DNA of 31,455 nucleotides, from NCBI GenBank assembly GCA_050012255.1, contig JBEKHN010000022.1, positions 1 through 31,455 on the forward strand, written 5' to 3'. Origin of the DNA: Candidatus Bathyarchaeia archaeon (GTDB lineage: Archaea > Thermoproteota > Bathyarchaeia > Bathyarchaeales > Bathycorpusculaceae). Positions within the stretch are counted from its first letter, which is position 1. Every line of letters begins with the position of its first letter. The notes under the pieces were generated by a model that did not search any database, was not told the DNA's origin, and saw nothing but the letters and a program-made list of their open reading frames with translations. The translations under genes were made by a program, and so were the position numbers. Shown here in pieces: positions 7,987 to 17,724 of this stretch.

Positions 7987-8799
7987 ATGCTTGAACAGTT
8001 GGTCAAAACCATTATCCTAGGAATAATCCAGGGTCTCGCTGAGTGGCTTCCCATATCAAGCACTGCACACCTCAAAATAGCCCAACAACTGCTTGCGTTT
8101 CCGGCTACGCCGCTCTTCGACGTCGCATTGCACGTTGGCACACTCGCCGTAGTCGTCTTCTACTTCAGAAAGGACGTCAAAAACGTACTCTCCGCACTAG
8201 CACACCTTGACTTCAAGTCAGAATACGGCCATCTAATACCCCTAATAGTAGTTGCAACCATTCCTACAGGAATAATCGGTCTAACGTACGCAAAATTCCT
8301 CGACCCATATTTCGCAGCAAACACTTTCATCATGTTCCTGGCCATTGGGATAGCCCTCATAATAGGCGCAACCTGGCTTTACACCTCTAAAATCGGAAAA
8401 GAAAACACCGACGTTATAACTGTCTCGATAGCCCTGCTTATGGGCGCGGCTCAAGGTCTCGCATCCTTCTCAGGCCTTTCAAGAAGCGGAATGACTATCT
8501 CGACCGCGCTGCTCCTCGGATTGAAAAGGGAAAAAGCGTTCAGGTTCTCTTTCCTACTCTCAATCCCAGCCATAATCGGAGACCTAATAGTCGAGGCCTA
8601 CCTGCAACGCGGCCAATTGGCACTTACAACAATAGGTCCCGTAGAACTTACAGCCGGAATCGTCTTGGCAGCCATAGCAGGCTACGTAGCCATAAGACTC
8701 GTCTCAAACTTGGTGAGGACAAAGAGATTTCATTACTTCGCATTCTACACATGGCTACTAGGCATAGCTCTGATAGCTCTCACGCTGAGCGGCCTTTGA
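7987..8799 (+). CDS. uppP: Undecaprenyl-diphosphate phosphatase (BacA/UppP)
   Basis: GIIQGLAEWLPISSTAH, LHVGT, GLSRSGMTI, AFRFSFLLSIP; multiple TM helices. Confidence 0.92.
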   Translation: MLEQLVKTIILGIIQGLAEWLPISSTAHLKIAQQLLAFPATPLFDVALHVGTLAVVVFYFRKDVKNVLSALAHLDFKSEYGHLIPLIVVATIPTGIIGLTYAKFLDPYFAANTFIMFLAIGIALIIGATWLYTSKIGKENTDVITVSIALLMGAAQGLASFSGLSRSGMTISTALLLGLKREKAFRFSFLLSIPAIIGDLIVEAYLQRGQLALTTIGPVELTAGIVLAAIAGYVAIRLVSNLVRTKRFHYFAFYTWLLGIALIALTLSGL

Positions 8800-8884
8800 C
8801 CACATATGCATAGGTCTTGTGTGAATTCTGAATCTGAATAGAGCTTTCACAAGCAAGATATCCTTCGGCCAGAAAGCTTTCCAC

Positions 8885-9229
8885 ATGCAATCGAAGAATG
8901 AAGAACTCACAGCCGAGCTAGCGACACATGACACTTGGAAGAGAGAGCCCAAAAGCTTCGGACTCTACGAGGAGTATAGCGGACGAAACATCATGGAGAC
9001 GATCAGAATGCGCAGAGCCAACTATGAAATGGCCGGCACAGAGATTAAGAGAAAACTGGAGGCCGAGGTCACGCGGGAAGTTGCGGGCTTCAGTATTTGG
9101 CTTGAAGAAACGAAGAGCCTAGAGTCCATTACTGCTCATTACCACGCGGTCAGCCTCAAAAGCCTGCTTCTCGGGCTTCCAATAGGCATGAAAGTAGCCC
9201 AGCTCTTCAGCATTATATTGGACAAGTAG
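8885..9229 (+). CDS. Hypothetical protein (start uncertain)
   Basis: 114-aa ORF filling the gap between uppP and cca; amphipathic helical C-terminal half. Confidence 0.5.
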   Translation: MQSKNEELTAELATHDTWKREPKSFGLYEEYSGRNIMETIRMRRANYEMAGTEIKRKLEAEVTREVAGFSIWLEETKSLESITAHYHAVSLKSLLLGLPIGMKVAQLFSIILDK

Positions 9230-9312
9230 CAATAACGCAGTGGCAACTAAAAAAACTCTATAGCTTCGCATTTTACACTTGACCGCTGAGAGCCTCGTCG
9301 AGACGAGGATCT

Positions 9313-10764
9313 TCAAGCGGCTTCCAGCCACTTAGGCTTGCCCGAGAGAAAATCAGTCAGAAACTCAGCAAACTCGTTATTCTTCTCATAGACCTTAACA
9401 ACCTCTTCGTTCACAAACACTTCGAAACCCTTCTTCAACACGAGCGAAATCCCCTCGGCTACTCCGGCATTCTTTCCGCCATCTTGCAGTTTTTCACGAA
9501 GCAACGTGCAAGCGTCTGTATAATTTCTTCGAACCTCCACGACCCAGCGGCCGTCCTCTACGTAAGGCCCAGAAACCGTTCTTGACGCGTTCTGATGCTT
9601 CACCAGGAATTTTGCACACTCACTCTCTTTCTCAAGTGGCGGCCCCAGATGTTTTTTAACCTCTGGGATGCAGCAGTGTTCAAGCTCAAAGCCAAAGACG
9701 TTCAAATCCTTCTCATCGCTCCAAGCAAAATCTCTCAAAAGCGAAAAGTCGCTTAGGTCAACAAGCTTGTGCATTGAACGAAGGGATTTGTAGAGCTGCC
9801 CCCACAGGATGTCTGGCACAGCGTCAACCCTTCCAAACGCGACGAAGACAGTCGTTGGCCCCCGACGACGTTTCTTCAACTCCTCCCTCATCCTGGCTTC
9901 ATTTATCGGAATCGTCTTGGGCGGATAGAAGAAGTTCAAGCTCGGCTTTTTCACAAACGCCTGCGCGGCGGCTATGAAGGTGTAGAGGTTCTGCTTGCGC
10001 ACCGCAGAAGCCACGTTTCTCGCCTTATCGACAGGGTCAACAACCACCAAAGGATCGTCGAACAAGAGGTCAACCTCCCTCTGCCTGTTCGCGTAGAAGC
10101 CTTCAATGTCGATGACCATTCTTTGTTTGTGCTTCGCAAACGCCTCGACAGCGTCCAAGAAGGACCTGTAATGCAGGACTAAGAGCTCGCACAAGTATCC
10201 GCTGAAGCCGCCAACCTTGATCTCAGCGCCGTAAACACCAATGCCCTTCATCAACTTCTTCATCAACCGCACCTGACCCCGCATCTTCACGTCCAGATTC
10301 TTGTTGATGTAGTCCGTGTGAAAGGGCGTCCTATCCGTGGCGCTCAACCATTCCCCGCGTTTTGCAGCGTAGCAGGGCACAATGTTCACTCTGGTGTCGT
10401 CAACAAAAGCCTCAAGGTACGGGTGCTCCGCGAACCGTTCAATCTGCTTCGAACCCTTTGTTGCTTCCTTGGCTACTTTCAAGCAAACCTCGCCTAAAGA
10501 CTCGCGGGGAATCGACGCTGGAACACGCATGAAAACGTCTACGTCCGGCTCGCCGCTCAGCCACGTGTCCTTGGCAACGGAACCTTCCACGCGAACCTTG
10601 GCCTTAACGCCCAACTGTTTCGAGGCCGATGTAACTTTCCTTTCAAGCTTCCTAGCTAGGGCCCCTATCCTGGCCCGTTCATCTGTTTTCGGCGTGACCC
10701 GCTTTAAAACGGTTGCAAGGACTCTTCGCATCTTGTCCTGCATCAACACGTCTCTTCTGTTCAT
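9313..10764 (-). CDS. cca: CCA tRNA nucleotidyltransferase (archaeal class I)
   Basis: EGSVAKDTWLSGEPDVDVF, FAEHPY, VPCY, SATDRTPFHT, GVYGAEIKVGGFSGYLCELL. Start placed at the ATGA overlap with the thpR stop (ATG at 10743 is the alternative). Confidence 0.95.
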   Translation of the reverse strand: MNRRDVLMQDKMRRVLATVLKRVTPKTDERARIGALARKLERKVTSASKQLGVKAKVRVEGSVAKDTWLSGEPDVDVFMRVPASIPRESLGEVCLKVAKEATKGSKQIERFAEHPYLEAFVDDTRVNIVPCYAAKRGEWLSATDRTPFHTDYINKNLDVKMRGQVRLMKKLMKGIGVYGAEIKVGGFSGYLCELLVLHYRSFLDAVEAFAKHKQRMVIDIEGFYANRQREVDLLFDDPLVVVDPVDKARNVASAVRKQNLYTFIAAAQAFVKKPSLNFFYPPKTIPINEARMREELKKRRRGPTTVFVAFGRVDAVPDILWGQLYKSLRSMHKLVDLSDFSLLRDFAWSDEKDLNVFGFELEHCCIPEVKKHLGPPLEKESECAKFLVKHQNASRTVSGPYVEDGRWVVEVRRNYTDACTLLREKLQDGGKNAGVAEGISLVLKKGFEVFVNEEVVKVYEKNNEFAEFLTDFLSGKPKWLEAA

Positions 10765-11330
10765 CCCTGCGGACAAACCTCTTTGAGGGTCGAATAAATG
10801 GGCCCTGTCGGCGTTAAGACACTCTTTTTCAACCTCAAACACGCCGCCCTTACCACACCAAATTCAAAACCCACGTTTTCGGTGACAAATTTAGCAAGCT
10901 CCGCCTTGTTCCGTGCGCTCCTGACCCGCGCAATCGTCAAGTGCGGACTGAAACCCTTGGGGTCAGGCGCAAATCCTAAAGCCTGTAAGTGAGGTTCCAA
11001 CTGACTCGAAATGCTCCGCAGATCGTTAGCCCCCTGAGTTATTCCTGCCCACACGACACGCGGGTAGCGCACGTCTGGAAAGGCACCGACACCTTGAATC
11101 TTCACGTCAAAAGGAGCAAACAAAGCCTTCTTCATGGCCTCAAAAATCTTCTCAACCGAATCCGACCTCACGTCGCCTAAGAACCGCATCGTTATGTGAA
11201 TATTCGCAGGTTCAACAACCTTTAAGTCGGCCCCTGTGTTGACCAGCAACGTCTGCACTTCAGTCAACTTCTTCTTAACAGCTTCACTATCAATATCGAA
11301 AGCCACAAAACATCTAACCATCTCAACCAT
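10761..11330 (-). CDS. thpR: RNA 2',3'-cyclic phosphodiesterase (2H family, LigT/ThpR)
   Basis: RCFVAFD, two HxT motifs (HITMRFLG, PHLTIARV), SVLTPTGPIY. Confidence 0.95.
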   Translation of the reverse strand: MVEMVRCFVAFDIDSEAVKKKLTEVQTLLVNTGADLKVVEPANIHITMRFLGDVRSDSVEKIFEAMKKALFAPFDVKIQGVGAFPDVRYPRVVWAGITQGANDLRSISSQLEPHLQALGFAPDPKGFSPHLTIARVRSARNKAELAKFVTENVGFEFGVVRAACLRLKKSVLTPTGPIYSTLKEVCPQG

Positions 11331-11427
11331 GCCTACTCCTCCCGCGCATTTTTGCCTCGTTCATTTCATAAACGCTTTTAACGTGTAAAAAACTATCTGT
11401 CAAAAGAAACAACGGTGAAAGGAAAAG

Positions 11428-11997
11428 ATGACAGAGGATAAGCTTGTCCTAGGTGTCGCAGGAATGCCTGGGTCAGGCAAATCCCTAGTAGTTGAACTCG
11501 CGCAGAAAGAAAAAGGCTACGAAGCCGTCGCAATGGGTGACGTTGTCAGAGAGGAAACAAAGAAGAGAAACCTGCAACCGACACCTGAAAACATCGGAAA
11601 GGTGATGCTTGACCTGAGACAGAAAGACGGAAGCGCGGTCATCGCGAAGAGATGCGTTCCAAAAATAGCCGGCATAAAGGGACAGAAAGTGATCGTGGAC
11701 GGAATAAGAAGCCTAGATGAAATCGAAGAATTCAAAAAACACTACTCAATATTCAGCCTGATCGCCATCCATGCTTCTCCGGACACACGATTCCAACGCC
11801 TGTACCACCGCCGCAGAAGCGACGATGCGAGCCATTGGAAGGTCTTCCTTGAAAGAGACACGCGAGAGTTGAGCGTCGGTTTGGGCAGCGCCATAGCCAT
11901 GGCCGAAGAGATGGTTGTAAACGAGGAACCATTCGATGTTGTGAAGGGCAGAATTAGAAGAATCTTGGAGAAAGTTGAGAACAAATGGAGGAAGTAA
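11428..11997 (+). CDS. P-loop nucleotide kinase, archaeal dephospho-CoA kinase-like (UPF0200)
   Basis: GMPGSGKS, MGDVVREE, VDGIRS, RDTRELSVGLG. Confidence 0.85.
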   Translation: MTEDKLVLGVAGMPGSGKSLVVELAQKEKGYEAVAMGDVVREETKKRNLQPTPENIGKVMLDLRQKDGSAVIAKRCVPKIAGIKGQKVIVDGIRSLDEIEEFKKHYSIFSLIAIHASPDTRFQRLYHRRRSDDASHWKVFLERDTRELSVGLGSAIAMAEEMVVNEEPFDVVKGRIRRILEKVENKWRK

Positions 11998-12386
11998 GCG
12001 TCCACATCGAGGTCGAGGTCAACCTAACGGAATCTGAACAGAAAGTGAAGGAGGCAGTCGAAAACATTTTTGGAGCAATGAACATGCAGACAAAGTCCCT
12101 GCGCAAAGGCAGCCTCCTACTCGCAGAAGCAACAGGACAAGAAGCGCTCGCCAAGTTTCACAACATACTGCAAAGAGAACACATCCGCGCCGCAGCACGG
12201 GCAGTGCTCCTCCAAGGATTAGAAAGAACAAGCGTTAACTTCTGCCTGAACAAACAGGTGGCATACGCAGGCCACGTTTCCTTCTCACAAGAAGTAGCCG
12301 AGTCTCCGCTAGGACCGATAAAAGTGAAAATAAAGTCCGAGAACCCCCGACAAGTCGTTGACTGGCTCACCGCAATGAATCCATGA
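11985..12386 (+). CDS. DUF54/UPF0201 RNA-binding domain protein
   Basis: TESEQKVKEAVENIF, LNKQVAYAG, ESPLGPI; overlaps the kinase stop. Confidence 0.85.
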   Translation: MEEVSVHIEVEVNLTESEQKVKEAVENIFGAMNMQTKSLRKGSLLLAEATGQEALAKFHNILQREHIRAAARAVLLQGLERTSVNFCLNKQVAYAGHVSFSQEVAESPLGPIKVKIKSENPRQVVDWLTAMNP

Positions 12387-12404
12387 AGACAAGAGGGAAT
12401 ACGT

Positions 12405-13418
12405 GTGTCAGAAAAAGCGTCAATAACCGAAAGAGGCGCCGTACTTCTCGGCGAGAACGTTGCGTGCGACGCCTTCGAAGAGACTCGACCAGTGCGCGTC
12501 GTAACCCACGCTCACGCTGACCACATGACTGGCCTCTCACAGAGCCTCAAGAAGTCCAGAAACGTATTGATGACAAAGGCCACGAAAGACCTGATCGACG
12601 CGATGCGCGGACCATTCTACCTAATGGCAGGCCACGTCGAAGCGTTAGACTACGGCCAAACGATCACCTACGGAGATGAACGACTAACCTTCCATAAGGC
12701 AGACCACATACTGGGCGCGGCCCAAGTGCTGGTAGAGGACCCGGAAGGAAAACGAATTGTATTCACGGGCGACTTCAGAATCGACCAAACCCCAATCCTC
12801 AACTCAGACATCCTCGTCATCGAAGCCACCTACGGAAGCCCACACTGCAAACGCAAGTTCCACGAAGACGTGCAAGACTCGCTAATATCGCTAGTGGAGA
12901 AAGCACTGGGATGTGGGCCAGTGTGCATCTTCGGCTACCACGGAAAACTCCAAGAGGTAATGGAGATCCTGCACAAGGCCAACGTAAACGTTCCGTTCAT
13001 CACTCCTGAAAACGTCTTCCGCATCTCAAAAGTTTGCGAAAAACACGGAATGCAACTCGGAAAGCTGATGCTGTCAACCGAAAAAGAGGCAACTGAGCTG
13101 CTTGAAAAGAACTCGCCTTGCATAACCTTCAGCCACATGCACTCAAAAAACAAAGCCACCCTAGACAAGTTCCGCATCTGCGTGAGCGGCTGGGAATTCT
13201 ACTCCGCAATACGCCAAGTCGACGAAAGAGAATACCTGGTGGCCCTAAGCGACCACTCAGACTTCGACGGACTGCTCGAATACGTGCGCCTATCCAAACC
13301 TAAACTCGTGATAACCGACAACTTCCGCGTCCACTACGGCGAGACTCTAGCGAAAGAAATCCGCAAACACTTGGGCATCTCTGCAGTGGCTCAGCCAAAG
13401 AACGGTCTTTTCGAGTGA
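12405..13418 (+). CDS. MBL-fold beta-CASP exonuclease
   Basis: THAHADH, HILGAAQ, FTGDF, IEATYG, SGW, LSDHSDF. Confidence 0.85.
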   Translation: MSEKASITERGAVLLGENVACDAFEETRPVRVVTHAHADHMTGLSQSLKKSRNVLMTKATKDLIDAMRGPFYLMAGHVEALDYGQTITYGDERLTFHKADHILGAAQVLVEDPEGKRIVFTGDFRIDQTPILNSDILVIEATYGSPHCKRKFHEDVQDSLISLVEKALGCGPVCIFGYHGKLQEVMEILHKANVNVPFITPENVFRISKVCEKHGMQLGKLMLSTEKEATELLEKNSPCITFSHMHSKNKATLDKFRICVSGWEFYSAIRQVDEREYLVALSDHSDFDGLLEYVRLSKPKLVITDNFRVHYGETLAKEIRKHLGISAVAQPKNGLFE

Positions 13419-13780
13419 GGGGCGCGTGCATCACCCAGAACGGAGCCCGATAAGAGTCAAGGTCAGACGGTAAAGTCAAGAAAAGAAAGGCATGTTTCGA
13501 GTAATGAAGTAGGTAAACCTATCTGACCCAAGAGACCACAGGGACAGAATGTGAAATGTGCTATTGACTAGCATGCTTCGATTTCTGCAAGTAGCAGATC
13601 GCCATTGCACTAGTCAGTATCATGACCAAGTTCATGCCTGGAAGATACTCATCAGCCAAGCTGATATGCCACACACGCGGAAAAGACAAACCTCGCATAT
13701 TCTCAATCTACATTCTGACTTCACAAATCTCTTCAACGCAAACGTAGACTAGAATCGAACGATGTCGTAAGTGAACCAAA

Positions 13781-14020
13781 ATGAGGCACGTAGCGTCTTA
13801 TTATGCGATTGGTTTTGCAATCGTGGGCTGTCTCATGCTGTACGCTCACTTCTCAACGTTCATTTCGATGGTATCCAACAATTATGATCCTTACGTCACT
13901 CCGGTGCTAGCAACCGCAATGTTATTACCCTTTGTGATTGCAGTGTTCTCTTGGCGAGACTGGAGAGAAACACAAAGGAATAAGGACACAGAAGGAGGAG
14001 CTGAATACGAAGGCGCGTGA
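13781..14020 (+). CDS. Small membrane protein (two TM helices)
   Basis: 79-aa ORF with two hydrophobic segments and a charged tail. Confidence 0.5.
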   Translation: MRHVASYYAIGFAIVGCLMLYAHFSTFISMVSNNYDPYVTPVLATAMLLPFVIAVFSWRDWRETQRNKDTEGGAEYEGA

Positions 14021-14519
14021 GCTTTGGACCGGTAAACCTTGGATACTTCCCAACGTGCTGGCTAGAAGCATTTTAGCTGCCCTAGCAGCCGTTGTGATTT
14101 CTTGGCTCGAATTCTATCTTAATGTGGAGAGCAACTCACAAATTCTGAATTTACCTATAATATTGTGGACGGCCTTGGCAATTTTCCTAGTCTGGGTACT
14201 CAGCTTGACGCACTTGTTGGTCCTGAGGGCTTCAAACACGTACATTCTTAGAAACGATGGTCTAGAAGTGAGGACTGGAATATTAACCTCAAAATCGTTC
14301 GTAGTCGCTCCTGCGGGCTTTTCAGACCTAGAGGTAACTAGATCGGTTTCAGGAAGAATCGTGAATTCTGGAAACATAACCATTCGTACGCAAGGTGACA
14401 GCGACATAAAGATGGCAAAAGTCAGAAAGCCGTTGAAAGTCGCTGACCAAATAAGGGAAGTCATGGCGAGACCAACAGTCAGAATAGAAGGACAAGAACC
14501 GATCACGGAAAAGAAGTGA
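13938..14519 (+). CDS. Membrane protein with bacterial PH (bPH_2) domain
   Basis: LWTGKPW, two TM helices, then YILRNDGLEVRTGIL...GNITIRT...ADQIRE. The true start is probably near 14001. Confidence 0.75.
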   Translation: MQCSLGETGEKHKGIRTQKEELNTKARELWTGKPWILPNVLARSILAALAAVVISWLEFYLNVESNSQILNLPIILWTALAIFLVWVLSLTHLLVLRASNTYILRNDGLEVRTGILTSKSFVVAPAGFSDLEVTRSVSGRIVNSGNITIRTQGDSDIKMAKVRKPLKVADQIREVMARPTVRIEGQEPITEKK

Positions 14520-14773
14520 TCGGAACAATCGCTCAACGAAAAACACCGCGCTTTCTGGACAGATCAGTTGAAATTGTCTGCAACGCACGCGTTGCTGCTC
14601 TTGAATCATTCTTGCCTTTCTGATCACCGAATCTGATAGTTTTCTTTTCCCCTCCGGCCCTTCTTCGCTATCATCATTGTAAACTCAGCTCCTTTCCCAG
14701 AAGCGCGCGGTCAGGGCCTCGATCACTGTACGCCTAAGAGGCTGAAGGCACTATTTCTTAACACGCAATTCTC

Positions 14774-14903
14774 TTTGAACCGGCCACACAGCTCCGCATC
14801 CAACCTGAAATCCTTAACATTTTCAACAATGCTCGCCAACTGTATATGCAAAACGTATATGCAAAACGTATATGCAAAACACACAAGCTCTTCCGCGCGC
14901 GCT
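14774..14903 (-). repeat. Dispersed repeat family A, copy 1 (upstream region plus 5' remnant of an RHH-like gene)
   Basis: The reverse complement aligns with 26033-26134 and reads ...KDFRLDAELCGRFKE. Confidence 0.8.
14842..14880. repeat. Perfect tandem repeat, 3 x GTATATGCAAAAC (13 bp)
   Basis: Units at 14842, 14855 and 14868. Confidence 0.95.
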
Positions 14904-15027
14904 CCATTCTCCTTCTCACCGTGCCTTTCCTGATACTTTCGAATTGTCTCGGATTGACACTAGCACGCGCTGAACCTTGAGAGGATTTTTATAGAGCCGC
15001 GTATCTTGAGCGAAGGAGGTCTGTTCA

Positions 15028-15381
15028 GTGGACGTAAGAGTTCCGAGTCGAAGAGAGATCTTGAAGAGTCCCAAGCGTCGGGATTTTCTCGGAGGCGGCT
15101 GGGTTGACAGTTTGGAGCTCAGTACCATTAACGTTTACTGGCACAGGCGACAGGGGTTCTTCACTGTTTACAGTCTGCTGAACGTGTTGGAGCATGAGGG
15201 TTTGCATTCTGTTTTGGCCAGACTCATCAATTTGGAAACTTCGGTGAAGCTCGATAACGTGCACAGGTGCTCCTGCGTTTGGATAAGTGAAGACAAACTG
15301 GTCTTCGCTAACGAGTTCTTCTTTGGCAGCTGGGTGTTTCCACCTTACTTTGAAGAACCAACAGAAGACATGCTCGAATGA
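15028..15381 (+). CDS. Small HExxH (zincin-like) protein
   Basis: TTTTTATA at 14986, RBS AAGGAGGT ending at 15020, GTG start; VLEHEGLHSVL. Confidence 0.7.
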   Translation: MDVRVPSRREILKSPKRRDFLGGGWVDSLELSTINVYWHRRQGFFTVYSLLNVLEHEGLHSVLARLINLETSVKLDNVHRCSCVWISEDKLVFANEFFFGSWVFPPYFEEPTEDMLE

Positions 15382-15512
15382 CCATAGAACCCAGCGCGCG
15401 CCAACGCGGAAAATCAAGTTCATCGCGCAGCTGATCAACAGCAGAAACCCTGAATTCCGCTAAGCTTTAAAAGTCGATGGTAAACATGTGTTGAATCGCG
15501 TAAGAGGAGAAG

Positions 15513-16799
15513 ATGGCAAGTATGAACAAATCATCCTTGGTTTCGGGCTTCTACAAACTGAGTCCAAAAGAACGTTTAGCGTTTGTTAAAGAATTCTCCA
15601 ATCTGACGGACGAAGAAGCCGCTTTACTCCAGAATACAGGTTCTCTTCCTCTCGACCTCGCTGACCGCATGATAGAAAACGTCGTCGGCGCCATTCCGAT
15701 ACCTCTAGGAATGGGCGTCAACTTCCTAATCAACGAACGTGATTACTTGATTCCCATGGCTATTGAAGAGCCTTCAGTCGTGGCAGCTGCGAGCTACGCT
15801 GCGAAGATGGTGAGGGACGGAGGAGGCTTTCACACAAGCAGCACACTGCCCATCATGATCGGACAAATACAAGCCGTAGGCATCAAAGACCCCTACGCCG
15901 CTAAGATGCGCGTGATACAGGCGAAAGACGAAATCCTGAGAAAAGCCAACGACCAAGACCCACTGCTGGTCTCAGCCGGAGGCGGCGCAAGAGACCTAGA
16001 CGCAAGAGTAATTGGCACCGAGCAAGGCCCCATGCTCATAACCGAACTGCACGTCGATTGCCGAGACGCCATGGGAGCAAACGCAGTCAACACAATGAAT
16101 GAAGCAGTAGCGCCATTAATCGAACGCATAACAGGCGGACGCGTCTACCTCCGAATAATCTCCAACCTAGCGACAAAACGCCTGGTCAGAGCCTCATGCG
16201 TCGTGCCGAAGAAATCCGTGGGCGGCGAAGAAGTCGTGGACGCAATCGTGAGCGCGTACGCCTTCGCAGCAGCAGACCCCTACCGTGCAGCGACTCACAA
16301 CAAGGGAATCATGAACGGCATAATAGCCGTGATAGTCGCAACAGGCAACGACCACCGCGCAATCGAAGCGGGGGCCCACGCGTACGCAGCTGTCAGCGGC
16401 CACTACACGTCGCTGTCAACCTGGGAGAAAAACGAGAACGGTGACCTCGTAGGCTCAATTGAACTGCCTATGGCAGTCGGCCTCATAGGCGGAGCCGTTA
16501 AAACTCATCCGATTGCAAGAATCGCCGTCAAGATTCTAGGAGTGAAGACTGCCAACGAGTTCGGCGAGGTGTGTGCGGCTGTTGGTCTGGCACAGAACCT
16601 CGGAGCTCTTCGTGCATTGGCTCATGAAGGGATACAGCGTGGACACATGTCACTGCACGCGAGAAACATAGCTGTAATGGCAGGTGCCACAGGCGAACTT
16701 ATCGACAAAGTCGCAGCGAAGATGGTTGAAGAGCGTAAGATTCGAATGGACAGAGCCCAAGAACTACTGGACAAGTACAAGGCAACTGGAAAAATCTAA
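15513..16799 (+). CDS. mvaA: Hydroxymethylglutaryl-CoA reductase, class II (degradative/bacterial type)
   Basis: MIENVVG, EEPSVVAA, DAMGANAVN, RAATHNKGIMNG, GIQRGHMSLH; RBS GAGGAG. Confidence 0.93.
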   Translation: MASMNKSSLVSGFYKLSPKERLAFVKEFSNLTDEEAALLQNTGSLPLDLADRMIENVVGAIPIPLGMGVNFLINERDYLIPMAIEEPSVVAAASYAAKMVRDGGGFHTSSTLPIMIGQIQAVGIKDPYAAKMRVIQAKDEILRKANDQDPLLVSAGGGARDLDARVIGTEQGPMLITELHVDCRDAMGANAVNTMNEAVAPLIERITGGRVYLRIISNLATKRLVRASCVVPKKSVGGEEVVDAIVSAYAFAAADPYRAATHNKGIMNGIIAVIVATGNDHRAIEAGAHAYAAVSGHYTSLSTWEKNENGDLVGSIELPMAVGLIGGAVKTHPIARIAVKILGVKTANEFGEVCAAVGLAQNLGALRALAHEGIQRGHMSLHARNIAVMAGATGELIDKVAAKMVEERKIRMDRAQELLDKYKATGKI

Positions 16800-16830
16800 A
16801 AAGCCACAACAGACGCATCTAGACTCGGCG

Positions 16831-17724
16831 ATGAAAGTGAAGGTTATACCAGGACCTGCATCCAAAGATTTGGGCGAAAAACTAGCCAAACAGTTGAACG
16901 CAGAAGTCATACCTGTTTTCCTGAAAATCTTTCCTGACGGGGAATCCTACATCCGCTTCGAATCCAAATCACTGAAGAACGAAGACATCGTCATCGTCCA
17001 GACCACGAGCCCACCACAGGACCAGAGACTGATCCAGCTACTTCTGATGGCCGACAACGCAAAGGACATGGAAGCCAAGAGCATCAAGGCGGTCGTTCCA
17101 TACTTCGCCTACAGCCGCCAAGACAAACGATTCCTACCAGGCGAAGCCTTCAGCACAAAAACCATAGTGAAACTGCTCGAGGAATGCGGCGTCAACAAAA
17201 TCATAACCGTCAACGCCCACAACCCAGCCGTCCTGAAAACCTTCGAAATCCCTGTCCATGACCTATCAGCCATCTCGCTTTTAGCCCAGTATTTCAAGAC
17301 AAAAAAGCTCGTACAAAACCCGCTTTCGCTCTCCATGGGCAAAAAGGCCATAAGCGTCGCCCAGGAAGCCGATAGCATTCTGCACGGAGGCTACGATTAC
17401 GTTGCATCAAAAAGAGACGTCGTGACAGGCAGCGTTACGCTTGAACCCAGACCCTTACAGGTCAAGGACCGCGACGTCATAATCTTCGACGACATAATAA
17501 GCAGCGGGGGAACGATGGCCAAGGTTGTAAAGCTCGTGAAAGACAAAGGGGCAAAAAAGGTTTATGCGGCTTGCGTGCACCCGTTGCTCATCGGCGACTC
17601 ACAAAAAAGAATCATGGAGAACGGCGCTGAAGAAATAGTAGGCACAGACTGCGTCCAGAGCCCCGTAAGCAAGGTTTCAGTCGCTCCGCTCATAAGCCAA
17701 GTGCTCATGCAAGAAGGAGCATGA
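16831..17724 (+). CDS. prs: Ribose-phosphate pyrophosphokinase
   Basis: FPDGESYIR, PYFAYSRQDKRF, DDIISSGGT. Start trimmed to the ATG at 16831. Confidence 0.93.
   Translation: MKVKVIPGPASKDLGEKLAKQLNAEVIPVFLKIFPDGESYIRFESKSLKNEDIVIVQTTSPPQDQRLIQLLLMADNAKDMEAKSIKAVVPYFAYSRQDKRFLPGEAFSTKTIVKLLEECGVNKIITVNAHNPAVLKTFEIPVHDLSAISLLAQYFKTKKLVQNPLSLSMGKKAISVAQEADSILHGGYDYVASKRDVVTGSVTLEPRPLQVKDRDVIIFDDIISSGGTMAKVVKLVKDKGAKKVYAACVHPLLIGDSQKRIMENGAEEIVGTDCVQSPVSKVSVAPLISQVLMQEGA

Noticed and set aside
7987-8799. uppP as evidence of peptidoglycan synthesis or contamination
   Set aside because: UppP homologs occur in archaea, plausibly for lipid-carrier recycling, and the flanking genes are clearly archaeal.
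13430-13780. 64-aa ORF at 13558 and other frames
   Set aside because: No motif, RBS or protein-like composition; left unannotated.
14842-14880. CRISPR array
   Set aside because: 13-bp units are directly adjacent with no spacers, and there are no cas genes in the window.
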